Source of the DNA: Nitrospirota bacterium
GTDB taxonomy: Bacteria; Nitrospirota; Nitrospiria; Nitrospirales; NS-4
Assembly: GCA_963788195.1 (NCBI GenBank)
Contig: CAWBGA010000001.1
Coordinates: 128,001 to 192,000 of the forward strand
Reading direction: 5' to 3'
Length of the DNA stretch: 64,000 bases
The position numbers and the translations under genes were made by a program. The notes below the pieces were generated by a model. It did no database searches, was not told where the DNA came from, and saw only the letters and a list, made by a program, of their open reading frames with translations. Positions within the stretch are counted from its first letter, which is position 1; each line of letters begins with the position of its first letter. Of this stretch, positions 1 to 10,673 are shown piece after piece.

Positions 1-248
1 CGGCCGGCCTTGAGAAGCTTCACCAGATAACCAGCGGCTGCATGGTACGGTACGCCGCAGAGGGGAACTTGATCGGTCTTATTTTTGTCGCGAGACGTCA
101 GCGCGATCTCTAACAACCGCGAGCCTTCCACGGCGTCCTCGTAAAACATTTCATAAAAGTCGCCCACGCGAAAGAAGAGGAATGCGTCGGGATGGCGCTG
201 TTTCAACTCGCGATACTGCCGCATAAGCGGCGTCAAGTCAGAGGACAT
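1..248 (-). CDS. mutS: DNA mismatch repair protein MutS (5' part, runs off window)
   Basis: Manual translation from ATG at 248: [39 protein letters not shown]...[11 protein letters not shown]. This is the canonical MutS domain I (GDFYE). Not in the ORF track. Confidence 0.95.
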   Translation of the reverse strand, partial: MSSDLTPLMRQYRELKQRHPDAFLFFRVGDFYEMFYEDAVEGSRLLEIALTSRDKNKTDQVPLCGVPYHAAAGYLVKLLKAG

Positions 249-576
249 CTTCATCCTCAAGGGTCTCGACGTGCCGATGTGGAGTACGGCCTGAAGCGGG
301 CCCCAGCGGATTTCGGTGCCGATCCAACTCTTCTTCGGCCAACTGCAAGGCTTTTCGGGAGCGCCGCAATTCAATGCGAAGCTTTATCCAAGCCGGGAAC
401 AGGAGGATCCCCATGACCAGCAGTCCTGCACCGAACGCGCTCAGGATCGGCTTATAGATCGGCGTTGGCTTTGTGGTCGTTCCAAAGTAATGCAAGATGG
501 CCTCTTCACTATGGTTTTGCAGGAAGAACGTGACCGCTAACGCGAGCAACGTGACGATCAGTATCAGCCGGACCAT
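238..576 (-). CDS. LapA/DUF1049-like small membrane protein
   Basis: N-terminal TM ending FFLQN, a second TM, then a coiled-coil tail. Overlaps the mutS start. Confidence 0.7.
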   Translation of the reverse strand: MVRLILIVTLLALAVTFFLQNHSEEAILHYFGTTTKPTPIYKPILSAFGAGLLVMGILLFPAWIKLRIELRRSRKALQLAEEELDRHRNPLGPASGRTPHRHVETLEDEDVL

Positions 577-608
577 GGATTAGAAGGTTCCCCTGGCGGC
601 GCCGGGTT

Positions 609-1127
609 TCATGGCAATGGCAGGTGAGGGTGTTGCATGCCGACGAGCGCAGCACGGACAAGCGACTGATAACTTCCGCTCAGCGGGTACATGGTGATCA
701 GCCGACGATCACCGCCTGCATGTTCCAGTTCCATCCGAAGATGATCGCGGGGGAGCAGCGTCGGGATCCTGTCGGCCCATTCAATCACTGTCACCGCCGC
801 TGATTCGAGGTATTCCTCAAGGCCAAAGTGCTTTGAGGCTTCTGTGTCAAGACGATATAAGTCCACATGCACAACGGGGACCCGGCCGCGGTACTCGTGG
901 ATCAATGCGAATGTCGGGCTCGCCGTGCTTCCCTCCGGGACTCCGAGGCCCCGCGCAAGTCCGCGCGCCAGGCAGGTCTTCCCCGCTCCGAGCGGACCCA
1001 CCAAGGCGATAATCTCTCCCCCCGTGCAGGCTCGGCCAATCCACTCGCCCAATTCCTCCGTCTCAGTCGTGGAGTGCGTTTGCCATTTAGGAGCGGCGTC
1101 CGCATCTTGTTGATCGTCGAGCTTCAC
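609..1127 (-). CDS. tsaE: tRNA threonylcarbamoyladenosine biosynthesis ATPase TsaE
   Basis: GPLGAGKT P-loop, SPTF, HVDLYRL and IEWAD motifs. Confidence 0.95.
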   Translation of the reverse strand: MKLDDQQDADAAPKWQTHSTTETEELGEWIGRACTGGEIIALVGPLGAGKTCLARGLARGLGVPEGSTASPTFALIHEYRGRVPVVHVDLYRLDTEASKHFGLEEYLESAAVTVIEWADRIPTLLPRDHLRMELEHAGGDRRLITMYPLSGSYQSLVRAALVGMQHPHLPLP

Positions 1128-1161
1128 ACTTCAGGTCTCCGCATGTTCTGCAGGCGAAACA

Positions 1162-2731
1162 TCATTCGCGCGTGGCGTGACATTGTATTTGTTGAATAGC
1201 CTGCGGAATGGCATCGATCAAGTCACGTGCGATCATGCCGATCTCACCTCGACGAGCGGCGGCGATATCACCTGCCATGCCATGCAGAAAAGTGGCCAGG
1301 CATGCAGCTTCGAGGGGAGCGACACCTTGGGCAAGAAATCCGACGGTCATACCGGTCAAGACATCGCCGGTGCCGCCTGTGGCCATCCCCGGATTGCCGG
1401 TTGGATTCACCGCCAAGGAGCCATCCGGCCCGGCCACAATGGTTCCCGCGCCCTTCAGAACTACATAGACATTGAACTCTCGAGCGAAACGGCCCGCCAC
1501 CCCTAAGCGGTCTTTCTGCACGTCGGCGGCGCTTGTTCCCAGTAACCTCGCCATTTCCCCGGGATGTGGGGTGAGAATAACAGGGGCTTGCGCGCGACGT
1601 AAGATGTGTGCGTGGCCAACGAGTGCGTTAATACCGTCGGCGTCGATCACGAGAGGTTGCTTGATGTCGGCAACGAGATCGTGAACCAGACCAACAGTTT
1701 CAGGCTCACGGCCAATCCCCGGACCGATCGCCACGGCAGTCTTGGCCGACGCAAATTCAAGAAGACTTTCCCTTGAAGCTTTCGCGAAACCATGCGAGGG
1801 CGTTTCAGCAACCGGGAAGGTCATGGCTTCCAAGAGTTTCGCTTCCAATACCGCGTTCACGCCCTCCGGAACGGCCACACTTACGAGCCCCGCTCCGGAG
1901 CGAAGGGCTCCAAGGGCCGCCATTGCGGCTGCTCCTGTCTTTCCGGACGACCCGGCAATAATGCCGGCGTGACCAAAGGAGCCCTTATGCGCGGCCGGCT
2001 TGCGGTCCGGGAGGGATGCTCCGACCACGGCAGCGTCCAGAAGCTTCAATGGAATCCTGGCGCGGGCGACGAGTTCTTCCGGGATGCCGATGTCACCCAC
2101 CCGGATGATGCCGGCGACATTGGGCCCTTCCCCCAAGAACAACCCGCGTTTGGGACGACCGAGTGTCACGGTCATGAATGCCTGGACGGCCGTTCCGAGA
2201 ATTTCGCCTGAATCAGCATCCAGTCCAGAGGGTATGTCAACCGCCACGATCCGTCGTCGAGCCTTGTTCATGACCTGAATCACATCGGCGACGGATCCTT
2301 CGATGGGAGCGTTCAATCCAGTCCCGAAAATTGCATCGATCAATACGTCGCTCTCGCCCAGCAATGTGGCCACCGTCGAGGGTACGGAGGCTGCGCCCGA
2401 AACCGAGATAGGTTCGGCCGCCCGCCTGTTTATATTTCCGGAACGTAATTGTCGCGTCGCTGGTGAGCATGGACGCCGGCCACAAAAGGCCCACTCGGGC
2501 GCGGCAGCCCCGCTGACGAAGGATCCTTGCCACGACAAAGCCATCGCCGCCGTTTTGGCCTTTCCCGGCCAGCACCGTGACGGTCTTGCCCCGTAAGGGC
2601 GCGAAGCACCGCTCCATTTCCTGGACGACTGCCTTGCCGGCGTTCTCCATCAAACGAAGGCTGGGGATCTTGCAATCCTCGATGGCGGCGCGATCAAGAG
2701 CGCGCATCTCGGCAGCGGAGACGAGTTCCAT
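1162..2731 (-). CDS. nnr: Bifunctional NAD(P)H-hydrate epimerase/dehydratase (YjeF/Nnr), one apparent frameshift near 2405
   Basis: ORF 2237-2731 gives the N-terminus (LMENAG, GKGQNGGDG). ORF 1162-2544 continues with DAIFGTG, HKGSFG, TPHPGE and ATGGTGDVL. Removing one base joins them. Confidence 0.9.
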
Positions 2732-2748
2732 ACACGCTCTGGGGACTG

Positions 2749-3462
2749 TTAACGCAGAAGGTCTTTCATTTCACGGACCGCCCGCTCGAGCCCGATGAAT
2801 ATTGCTCTGGAGATGATGCTGTGACCGATGTTGTATTCCACGATCTCACTGATCGCCCGCAAGCGGCGCACATTGTAGTAGGTCAGGCCATGCCCGGCGC
2901 TTACCGCAAGCTCCATTTTATACGCCGCCCGCGCCCCTTGGGCGAGAGCTTCAAATTCCGTATCTTGTTCCTTCACGCTCAAAGCGTTGGCGTACCGCCC
3001 TGTATGGAGTTCAACGCAATCCGCTTCGACCCGGCGCGCCGCCTTGATCTGCTCCAAAACGGGGTCGATAAAGAGGCTGACCGCGATCCCTGATTGATGA
3101 AGCAGCAGAACCACCTCTTTTAGGCGTTGACGCTGGCCGTCGACGTCCAGGCCTCCCTCAGTCGTCAACTCTTCGCGCCGCTCGGGAACCAGGGTGACAA
3201 GGTGCGGCTTGATCCCCATGGCCAGGCGGGCCATGGCGTCCGTCGCCGCCATCTCGAGATTGAGCTTCGTGTGGACGATTTCGCACAGCAATCTAAGGTC
3301 ACGCTCCTGGATGTGACGGCGATCCTCTCTGAGGTGCACCACGAGCCCATCCGCACCAGCCATTTCCACTATCGTCGCGGCGGCCACAGGGTCAGGCTCT
3401 GTTCCTCCCCGCGCTTGACGTACAGTCGCAACGTGATCGATGTTAACGCCCAGTCTGGCCAC
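2749..3462 (-). CDS. pdxJ: Pyridoxine 5'-phosphate synthase
   Basis: [24 protein letters not shown] and NIGHSII motifs. Confidence 0.97.
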   Translation of the reverse strand: MARLGVNIDHVATVRQARGGTEPDPVAAATIVEMAGADGLVVHLREDRRHIQERDLRLLCEIVHTKLNLEMAATDAMARLAMGIKPHLVTLVPERREELTTEGGLDVDGQRQRLKEVVLLLHQSGIAVSLFIDPVLEQIKAARRVEADCVELHTGRYANALSVKEQDTEFEALAQGARAAYKMELAVSAGHGLTYYNVRRLRAISEIVEYNIGHSIISRAIFIGLERAVREMKDLLR

Positions 3463-3550
3463 GACGTCTCAGCTCCTGAATTGCTTTGGATGAACTTTTA
3501 CGCTGTGCGATGTAAAATTACAACCCATCTATCCAGGCAGTTCATCCTGC

Positions 3551-3874
3551 TCAGATCACCAATCGGGACAGTCCCGCCACTCCCACAAATGCTATGACGG
3601 AGCAAATCAGCGCGACCCAGAATCCCAACGGCTCGACAGTCAAGATAAACAAACCAACGTAGGCCACCCAGGGGACGACGAAATACAGGAGGTTCTTGGC
3701 ATAAGGCACGGTATCGGCGATCCCACCGTTGAGGTAGATCAAAATAAACGTAATGACAGTGAGAGCCGGAAAGGTCGAGACAAAGGCCGCGAGCCAACTC
3801 CGACCCATGCTGCCGAACCAGGTCGTCAGACTGACGACCGTGCCGCCGATTACGAAATACAGCAGATATCTCAG
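3551..3874 (-). CDS. Small multi-TM protein, DUF3147-like
   Basis: Four hydrophobic segments (LLYFVIGGTVVS...AAFVSTFP). The N-terminal part of ORF 3551-4069 overlaps the upstream gene. Likely start is CTG at 3874, 9 nt after AGGGG. Confidence 0.6.
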   Translation of the reverse strand: MRYLLYFVIGGTVVSLTTWFGSMGRSWLAAFVSTFPALTVITFILIYLNGGIADTVPYAKNLLYFVVPWVAYVGLFILTVEPLGFWVALICSVIAFVGVAGLSRLVI

Positions 3875-3893
3875 GCGCGTATTCCCCTGATAC

Positions 3894-4520
3894 TTATCGG
3901 AACCAGAGCTTGATCCCCGCGTATAGAATCCACACTTCAACCGTGTGCGCCGCCATGGTGGCATAAAGGCTCTGTGTCCGCAATAACAGTACACCCCAGA
4001 TAAGACCATCCAGCACGGCGATCCAGTGCAATGATCGGAATACGTCCACCATGAAGGGATCCCAGGCAAAGGCGAATGCTGATACGGTCACGGCGGCGGC
4101 CTGGGCGGCGCGTGACGATCCGAACAAGGCCAGCAGCCGGCCCATTTGGAACCCCCGAAAGTTCAGCTCGACGAAGATACCGATGGCGGCTATGCCAAAG
4201 GGAAACATAAGCCAGAGCGGCGCTTGCGCGTGAGGTGTTTCACGAAGGAATGTGATGTCTCCTCCGAGACCCGGTATTAACACCAAGAGGGAGGTGAGAT
4301 TGATGGCTCCCATAACCAGGCCCACGGCCATTCCCCAACGGAGGGCAGGGAGCAAGCGTTGCGGCTCCAACCAAAGGCGCTCGCTCCAAGGCCGGTTCTG
4401 AAGGAGCCAAAGCGCGAGCATACCGTACGCGATGATTTGGGGAGCAAAAACGATCCAGTGATTTTCCCGGGTGGCATCCGGTAAGAGATAGTAAGCAGCC
4501 GTGGCGGCCAGTGGGACCAC
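3894..4520 (-). CDS. CPBP (CAAX protease-like) intramembrane glutamic endopeptidase
   Basis: Multi-TM protein with VELNFRG (EExxxR variant), FAFAWD and AHTVEV motifs. The start may lie slightly upstream. Confidence 0.75.
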   Translation of the reverse strand: MVPLAATAAYYLLPDATRENHWIVFAPQIIAYGMLALWLLQNRPWSERLWLEPQRLLPALRWGMAVGLVMGAINLTSLLVLIPGLGGDITFLRETPHAQAPLWLMFPFGIAAIGIFVELNFRGFQMGRLLALFGSSRAAQAAAVTVSAFAFAWDPFMVDVFRSLHWIAVLDGLIWGVLLLRTQSLYATMAAHTVEVWILYAGIKLWFR

Positions 4521-4557
4521 GACGAGCCAGGCCCCTCGTTCGGGTGCCGCGATGCGG

Positions 4558-5418
4558 TTAATGAACAGCTACCTGCGGCAGTTCAGCGACTTGCATACCG
4601 GGTTGGGGGTGATAGTGCTCCAGGGCCTCGGGCATCCAGCTTTGGAGTTGTTTGATGCGTGTTCCATGGCCGGGGTGGGTGGATAGGAATTCCGGCGGTT
4701 GCCCCTTCGACGCCTCCTGCATTCTTTCCCACACATGCACGGCTTCACGCGGGTCATAGCCGGCATCGGCCGACAGCAGCAAACCGATGTAATCCGCCTC
4801 CGATTCGTGTTTGCGGCTATACGGGAGAATGATCCCGTAACTGGCGACGGCACCACCGGCTAGCATCGCCAGCTGCGCGGTCTCGTCGCTTACTCCGCTG
4901 ACGCCCAGCGCGACAACACCGACGAGTAGTGCACCTTGGGTCGCGATTCCTTGGCTCATGCGTTCGCCGCCGTGGCGGGCCAGAGCATGGGTGACCTCAT
5001 GCCCCATGATCGCCGCGAGCCCGGCCTCGTTCTTGGCGACAGGGAAGATGCCGGTATAGACTGCGATCTTCCCTCCGGGTAACGCAAAGGCGTTCATGGT
5101 CTTGTCGTCTTTGATGACGGTCACTTCCCATTCGAATTTATTGGCAATGTCCGCGTATTTGGATTTCTTGGCGGCATCAATGATTCTGGCGGCCACACGT
5201 TTGACCGGCTCGATCTCCCGTGGATCCGTGGAGGGCGGCATCTTTGGATCATGGAGGACTTGCTCGTAAGCCTGAGCGCCCATCGCGATCTCCTGCGAGG
5301 CCGGAATCATCAAGAACTGCGATCGGTTGGTGTAAGGATTAGTGGTACAGGCCGGGAGGCTCGTCACAACGAACAGCAGAGTCGAGCAGGTCAGTGCCGT
5401 CGATAGGTGAGATCTCAT
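4558..5418 (-). CDS. M48 family zinc metallopeptidase, lipoprotein (Oma1/YcaL-like)
   Basis: Lipobox LPAC, NAFALPGG, HEVTH (HExxH), ESEAD and FLSTHP. Confidence 0.92.
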   Translation of the reverse strand: MRSHLSTALTCSTLLFVVTSLPACTTNPYTNRSQFLMIPASQEIAMGAQAYEQVLHDPKMPPSTDPREIEPVKRVAARIIDAAKKSKYADIANKFEWEVTVIKDDKTMNAFALPGGKIAVYTGIFPVAKNEAGLAAIMGHEVTHALARHGGERMSQGIATQGALLVGVVALGVSGVSDETAQLAMLAGGAVASYGIILPYSRKHESEADYIGLLLSADAGYDPREAVHVWERMQEASKGQPPEFLSTHPGHGTRIKQLQSWMPEALEHYHPQPGMQVAELPQVAVH

Positions 5419-5536
5419 TGTGATACTCCTCCTGCACGGAAGAATGCTCTCCTTGTATTTTATCTGGGTCTAGGGTAACGGTCTAGTCAGGCCGAAGTGT
5501 GGGTTTGTATTTCTTAAGCGGGGTCGCCCAGGCCCG

Positions 5537-6124
5537 TCATGTCGTGGGGTGCGGACGATTGGCAAATCGAAGCGGCCGATCCTCTCGATCCCCCTGGGGA
5601 ACGGCCAAGAGCGGCTTGGATTCAAAGCCCATTTGGTGTGCTACCCAGAGGTCGGGGACCTGCGCGATCCGGATATTGTAGAGGTTCACTGAGTCGTTAT
5701 AGAACTCCCGCCGGTCCGCAATCGTCTCTTCGATCGTCGAAATTCTGTTTTGGACGTGTTGAAAATCCTGATTGGCTTTCAGGTCGGGGTAATTTTCCGC
5801 GACAGCGAACAGCTTGCCTAACGCCCCCGTGATCATGTTCTCGGCCGAGGCCTTTTCGTCACTCGTGCCGCTGTCTCGATAGGCGGTGCGCGCTCGTGTC
5901 ACGGCTTCCAAGGTATCGCGCTCGAAGCCCATGTAACTGTTGCACACCTCCACGAGCTTAGGCAGCTCGTCATGCCGTTGTTTGAGGATCACGTCGATGT
6001 TGGCCCAGGCCTTTCCGGCATCGTTCGCCATTCCGATCAACGTATTGTAGGCTCCGACGAGGTACACGGTCATTCCGACGAGACCGAAGATCAGCAATAC
6101 GCCGACAAGTAATAGAGGATTCAT
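5537..6124 (-). CDS. lemA: LemA family protein
   Basis: N-terminal TM, YNTL...AWANIDVILKQRHDELP, AVAENYPDLKAN and RREFYND. Confidence 0.93.
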   Translation of the reverse strand: MNPLLLVGVLLIFGLVGMTVYLVGAYNTLIGMANDAGKAWANIDVILKQRHDELPKLVEVCNSYMGFERDTLEAVTRARTAYRDSGTSDEKASAENMITGALGKLFAVAENYPDLKANQDFQHVQNRISTIEETIADRREFYNDSVNLYNIRIAQVPDLWVAHQMGFESKPLLAVPQGDREDRPLRFANRPHPTT

Positions 6125-6139
6125 ATGAGTCTCCTTCGG

Positions 6140-6997
6140 TTAATTGCCGGTACGCAGGTACCATTGAAAGATCGCAAACAGACAGGCGACGGTCACGGTG
6201 GGCCCGCTCCAGAGGCATAGACGAATTTGCCAACCCCAGCGCGTGAGCAGATCTTGTTCCATGCGGTCGGAGATTAATAAATGGCCGTCGCGTGCGCGTC
6301 CGATAAAGAGTCTTGATTCGTTGACGCTGGTCTCCGCCGCCGCATTTTCCTGGGCGGTCCCAAGAACGTATACCGGCGCGCCGGGCAGCAGGCAGGACTC
6401 ATGACAACGCAATGTCTTTTCCCCCAGCCATCCGGCGCTCGCAATCCCGAGTGCCGCAAGACCGGTTGTAACAGTCGGGGGAAGGGCGCCGAGCCAGTCG
6501 TTACGGTAGGTCCGGGCATCTTGCAGCATGAGGTCCGCTCCCTGGGGAAAGACCTGCACGATACCGGTTGCGTCCCTCGTATCAAACGGCTGTTCGGAAG
6601 TGCCTTGGGCAATGGTCTTCCATCGGCGATGACGGCCCGAGCGTAGCTGTTCCTCGACTCTGTATGAAAAGAAGACGCACGGGAGCTGGCTAAAAGGGGC
6701 GCTCAGCGGAGGGCCACCCAGCTCGGCTGTCCCGGTGATCTCAACAAGTCCGACCGCCAGCGAGCGGATGGCGGACGTGGGCTTCGTCTCCACTAACCGT
6801 TTCTTTTGGCCGAGGACGAATCCATAGTAAAACAGTCCGACGCCTCCCATCACGCCCGCAAAAAGCAGGGCAAGGAGACGGTCCGGCGCGCGCGCGCGAG
6901 CTGTGCCGGACACCATCATGGGAAGTTCATGGAGAAGCACGAGGGCGGTAACGAACAGAGCAATGCCGATGATGGCGAGCCAAATCAGGAGGCTCAT
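6140..6997 (-). CDS. GIDE-domain (MULAN/E3-ligase-associated) membrane protein
   Basis: Two N-terminal TMs, PTSAIRSLAVGLVEITG, PCVFFSYRVEE, E-x-x-L-x-PG-x-x-VYVLGTA and a C-terminal TM. Directly upstream of lemA. Start is 6997 or 7057. Confidence 0.7.
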   Translation of the reverse strand: MSLLIWLAIIGIALFVTALVLLHELPMMVSGTARARAPDRLLALLFAGVMGGVGLFYYGFVLGQKKRLVETKPTSAIRSLAVGLVEITGTAELGGPPLSAPFSQLPCVFFSYRVEEQLRSGRHRRWKTIAQGTSEQPFDTRDATGIVQVFPQGADLMLQDARTYRNDWLGALPPTVTTGLAALGIASAGWLGEKTLRCHESCLLPGAPVYVLGTAQENAAAETSVNESRLFIGRARDGHLLISDRMEQDLLTRWGWQIRLCLWSGPTVTVACLFAIFQWYLRTGN

Positions 6998-7076
6998 CGG
7001 CCGCGGGCTTATGGAGCCGCTGATGGAACGGGACGGACAGGGATGAGCGCGAGTCATTGCTTCTATCTAGGTGTAT

Positions 7077-7105
7077 ATGCTATACAAGGTTACCAGTACT
7101 GTCAA
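7077..7105 (-). promoter_or_regulatory. Sigma70-type promoter for the GIDE-lemA unit
   Basis: Minus strand TTGACA-17 nt-TAGCAT. Confidence 0.6.
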
Positions 7106-7121
7106 TGTAAAGAGAGATTAT

Positions 7122-8084
7122 GTGAGCATTGATCCCTGTGATCTCCGTAGCCTGTTAGAAAAGACCCTCGCCGGGCGACCTCTTCCAATTATCCGTCAGA
7201 CCGCCGTCAAGGTGATCGCGCTCCTTTCGAATCCCGACACGAAAGTGGACGCTATTGCGGACGCGGTCCTCCACGATCAGGCCTTCACGGCCCGAGTGCT
7301 GAAAGTCGCAAACAGTGTCTTCTATCAAAGGCGCAATGAGAAGATTAGCAGCCTGGCACAAGCGATCATGCGGACCGGCTATGACACCATTCGCGATATC
7401 GCCATCGCCACGGAGTTTGCCGAGCTCGTTCAAAAGCGGCTTCCCCAGACGGTGAGCCTGCGTCGTCTTTTGGCGAAAACTTTTGTGGCGGGCCATCAAG
7501 CGTGTGCGCTTGGAGAAGCGCGGCATTTGCCCGATGCCCAGGCGCTTTTTACGAATGTCCTTCTGGAGAGCTTGGGCGAGTTCGCATTGGCCGCATACCT
7601 GCCCGATGTCTATCTTCAGGTCGACCAGGCGATGGCGCGAACCGGATTACCTCGTGAAGAGGCTCATCTTCAGGCCACCGGCATGACGCCCCACGAAGTC
7701 ACCGTGATCGTATCCAAGACGCTGGAACTCCCAGATGAGCTTCTCATCCCTCCTCCGCTCGACCAGCGCACGGCAGTGGTCGAATTCACAACCCTCTGCG
7801 CTACCAACATTTTTGGCCCTGAATCGCCTCAAATTGTCGCTCAGTTCCAAACGGCCATGCTGCAGATCCGCGAGGTTATTGGAATCCCGGCCGACGATCT
7901 TGAGATTCTTCTGGCTAAGGCCTTTTCCAAGGCCATGGAGTTCGGCGGGCAGGTGGACCTCGATGCAAAGTGCTTCGCCCTGGACCCCGACACTTCGCCC
8001 CTCAGCGGGCGCCATAGTTTTATCGGCCTATGCATCGACCACGCCGAACGAAACTCGGGCGTGAAGTCTGGATACGGCGTCTAG
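7122..8084 (+). CDS. Stand-alone HDOD domain protein
   Basis: LP...IADAVLHDQAFTARVLKVANSVFY...ISSLAQAI..G HDOD signature. GTG at 7122 follows AGAGAG (alternative start 7071). Confidence 0.85.
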   Translation: MSIDPCDLRSLLEKTLAGRPLPIIRQTAVKVIALLSNPDTKVDAIADAVLHDQAFTARVLKVANSVFYQRRNEKISSLAQAIMRTGYDTIRDIAIATEFAELVQKRLPQTVSLRRLLAKTFVAGHQACALGEARHLPDAQALFTNVLLESLGEFALAAYLPDVYLQVDQAMARTGLPREEAHLQATGMTPHEVTVIVSKTLELPDELLIPPPLDQRTAVVEFTTLCATNIFGPESPQIVAQFQTAMLQIREVIGIPADDLEILLAKAFSKAMEFGGQVDLDAKCFALDPDTSPLSGRHSFIGLCIDHAERNSGVKSGYGV

Positions 8085-8150
8085 GCTGTATAAAAAATCT
8101 TCGGCCTTCCCTGCTCTCGTCAATTCGTTCCTCCGTGTGTTACGCTCAAT

Positions 8151-10160
8151 GTGCCCATGGGACAATTCAGGCTGGTCTCGGAGTTTCAACCCCGCGGAGA
8201 TCAACCCCAGGCGATCGAGAGTCTGACCGCAGGGATCCGCCACGGCGAGCCTCATCAAGTTCTTCTCGGGGTGACCGGCTCCGGTAAGACCTTTACCCTC
8301 GCCAATGTTATCGCCCAGGTACAAAAGCCCACGCTGGTGGTGGTGCACAACAAAACGCTGGCGGCGCAGCTCTATCGCGAATTTCAAAGCTTCTTTCCGG
8401 ACAACGCCGTGGAGTATTTCGTCAGTTATTACGATTACTACCAGCCCGAAGCCTACATCCCGTCTACAGACACCTATATCGCAAAGGATTCCTCCATTAA
8501 TGATGCCATCGACCGGATGCGGCACTCCGCGACACGGTCGCTCTTCGAACGGGAAGACATCATCATCGTGGCGTCAGTGTCGTGCATCTACGGATTGGGG
8601 TCGCCGGAGGTCTACCACGGGATGCTGTTGTATCTAGAAACCGGTGTAGAGGTGCGCCGGGAAGCAATCCTCAGAAAACTCGTTGAGATTCAATACGCGC
8701 GCAATGACACCGATTTCCACCGCGGGACGTTTCGCGTGCGTGGCGATGTGATCGAAATCTTTCCCGCCTCCGCAGAGGACCGTAGCGTCAGGATCGAACT
8801 ATTCGGAGATCTGGTGGAGGCGATCCATGAAATCGATCCATTGACCGGGCGATCTCTGCGACGGTTCACGAAAATCGCAGTGTACCCGAACACGCATTAT
8901 CTCATCGCGCCGGACCGATTCGATCGTTCACTGGGAGGGATCGAAGCGGAGCTGGGGGAACGGTTGGCGACGTTCAAGGCCCGCGGGCAATTGCTGGAGG
9001 CGCAACGTCTCGAGCAGCGGACACACTTCGATCTCGAGATGATGCGGGCGATGGGCTATTGCCACGGCATTGAGAATTATTCCCGGCATCTGAGCGGACG
9101 GAGCGCCGGCGATCCCCCTCCGACCCTGCTCGACTACTTCCCGAAGAACTATCTATTGGTGGTGGACGAGTCCCATGCGACCATCCCACAGATTCAGGGC
9201 ATGTATGAAGGAGATCACTCTCGAAAACAAAGTCTCGTGGAATACGGTTTCCGCCTGCCGTCGGCGTTCGACAATCGTCCGCTGAAATTTCGAGAGTTCG
9301 AGCGGTGCGTCCGGCAGGCCATCTATGTCTCGGCAACCCCTGGTCCGTACGAGTTAGAGAAAACAGCCGGCGTGGTCGTGGAGCAAATCATCCGACCGAC
9401 CGGACTTATGGATCCTGAAATATCGGTTCGGCCGGCCAAGGGGCAGGTTGATGATCTCTTGGCGGAAATCCGCAAACGCGCGGCAGCGGGGGAGCGAGTT
9501 CTGGTCACAACGTTGACGAAGCGGATGGCGGAAGACCTCACTGAGTACTATCATGATCTCGGGGTGAAGGTGCGATACCTGCATTCCGACATTGACACGC
9601 TCGAGCGTACGGAAATCATCCGGGACCTCCGGCGAGGCATATTCGATGTCCTGGTCGGCATCAATCTGCTGCGTGAGGGACTCGATATCCCCGAGGTCTC
9701 TCTGGTGGCAATACTTGATGCGGACAAGGAAGGATATCTGAGATCGGAGCGATCTCTAATCCAGACCGCGGGGCGGGCGGCCCGCAACGTCTATGGCGCG
9801 GTCCTGCTGTATGGCGATCGCATGACGGAGTCAATGCGGCGGACCATCGACGTCACGACGCGGCGGCGGACCGTACAGGAAGGCTACAATCGCACGCACG
9901 GCATCACGCCTGAGACGATCAGGAAAGGCATTCCGGACGGTCTCTACAGCGTATCAGAAGCGGATTATGTCACTATCCCAGTCGCCGCGGACACCCGAGC
10001 GGTCTACGGCGCGAATGTCAATTTGAAGCCATTGCTGCGGCAACTCGAGGGCCAGATGAAGCAGGCGGCAAAGGAATTAGCATTTGAGCAGGCGGCCGAA
10101 CTGCGGGATCAGATCAAGGTGTTGAAACGGCAGGCGCTGGAGCTGGGTGTGAAAGAGTAA
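8151..10160 (+). CDS. uvrB: Excinuclease ABC subunit B
   Basis: [41 protein letters not shown] and a C-terminal UVR domain. Confidence 0.98.
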   Translation: MPMGQFRLVSEFQPRGDQPQAIESLTAGIRHGEPHQVLLGVTGSGKTFTLANVIAQVQKPTLVVVHNKTLAAQLYREFQSFFPDNAVEYFVSYYDYYQPEAYIPSTDTYIAKDSSINDAIDRMRHSATRSLFEREDIIIVASVSCIYGLGSPEVYHGMLLYLETGVEVRREAILRKLVEIQYARNDTDFHRGTFRVRGDVIEIFPASAEDRSVRIELFGDLVEAIHEIDPLTGRSLRRFTKIAVYPNTHYLIAPDRFDRSLGGIEAELGERLATFKARGQLLEAQRLEQRTHFDLEMMRAMGYCHGIENYSRHLSGRSAGDPPPTLLDYFPKNYLLVVDESHATIPQIQGMYEGDHSRKQSLVEYGFRLPSAFDNRPLKFREFERCVRQAIYVSATPGPYELEKTAGVVVEQIIRPTGLMDPEISVRPAKGQVDDLLAEIRKRAAAGERVLVTTLTKRMAEDLTEYYHDLGVKVRYLHSDIDTLERTEIIRDLRRGIFDVLVGINLLREGLDIPEVSLVAILDADKEGYLRSERSLIQTAGRAARNVYGAVLLYGDRMTESMRRTIDVTTRRRTVQEGYNRTHGITPETIRKGIPDGLYSVSEADYVTIPVAADTRAVYGANVNLKPLLRQLEGQMKQAAKELAFEQAAELRDQIKVLKRQALELGVKE

Positions 10161-10164
10161 GTGT

Positions 10165-10425
10165 TTAAATCTGCTTATAGATGAAGACACCTAGAATGAT
10201 ACCGATGAAGGTCAAGAGATTCATCTTGATGGTAAACCCGATGGTAAATGTCAGGAGCCGCAGGTCCACGGTCACCGGGGGATTCAGGCCAGGGTGAATG
10301 GCTTTTGCGAAGACATCCTGAATAACGCCGCCGGGAGCCACGGCCAACAAGATCTCCGCGAGCAATCCGCCGAACATGCCTCCTACCAGGACACAGACGA
10401 GTAAGAGCCACGGAGACTTACGCAC
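10165..10425 (-). CDS. DUF4321-like small membrane protein
   Basis: 86 aa with TM-loop-PVTVDL-TM architecture and its own upstream promoter. Confidence 0.7.
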   Translation of the reverse strand: MRKSPWLLLVCVLVGGMFGGLLAEILLAVAPGGVIQDVFAKAIHPGLNPPVTVDLRLLTFTIGFTIKMNLLTFIGIILGVFIYKQI

Positions 10426-10477
10426 GCCGCCATCTCATGGAGGAACATGTTCTCAGGTGCACAGCAAAATTCGCCGC

Positions 10478-10506
10478 ACTCTACTAAGGAGTGCCGAGGA
10501 AGTCAA
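10478..10506 (-). promoter_or_regulatory. Sigma70-type promoter for the DUF4321 gene
   Basis: Minus strand TTGACT-17 nt-TAGAGT. Confidence 0.55.
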
Positions 10507-10587
10507 ACCCTAAGCATTTCTTCGCCCGATTCAAAAAAGAGGAAGGAGATTCGCTGCGTTCCACCGCCCGAAACAGGGCTGAACGCC

Positions 10588-10616
10588 TTGACATAGTGTG
10601 AGTACTTCAGTAGACT
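10588..10616 (+). promoter_or_regulatory. Sigma70-type promoter of the ffh operon
   Basis: TTGACA-17 nt-TAGACT, about 57 nt upstream of ffh. Confidence 0.75.
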
Positions 10617-10673
10617 AACTATTCGGTTTTCTAAAGGAATTTCTAGCAAACCCTAGAGGCAATAGGCTGATCC

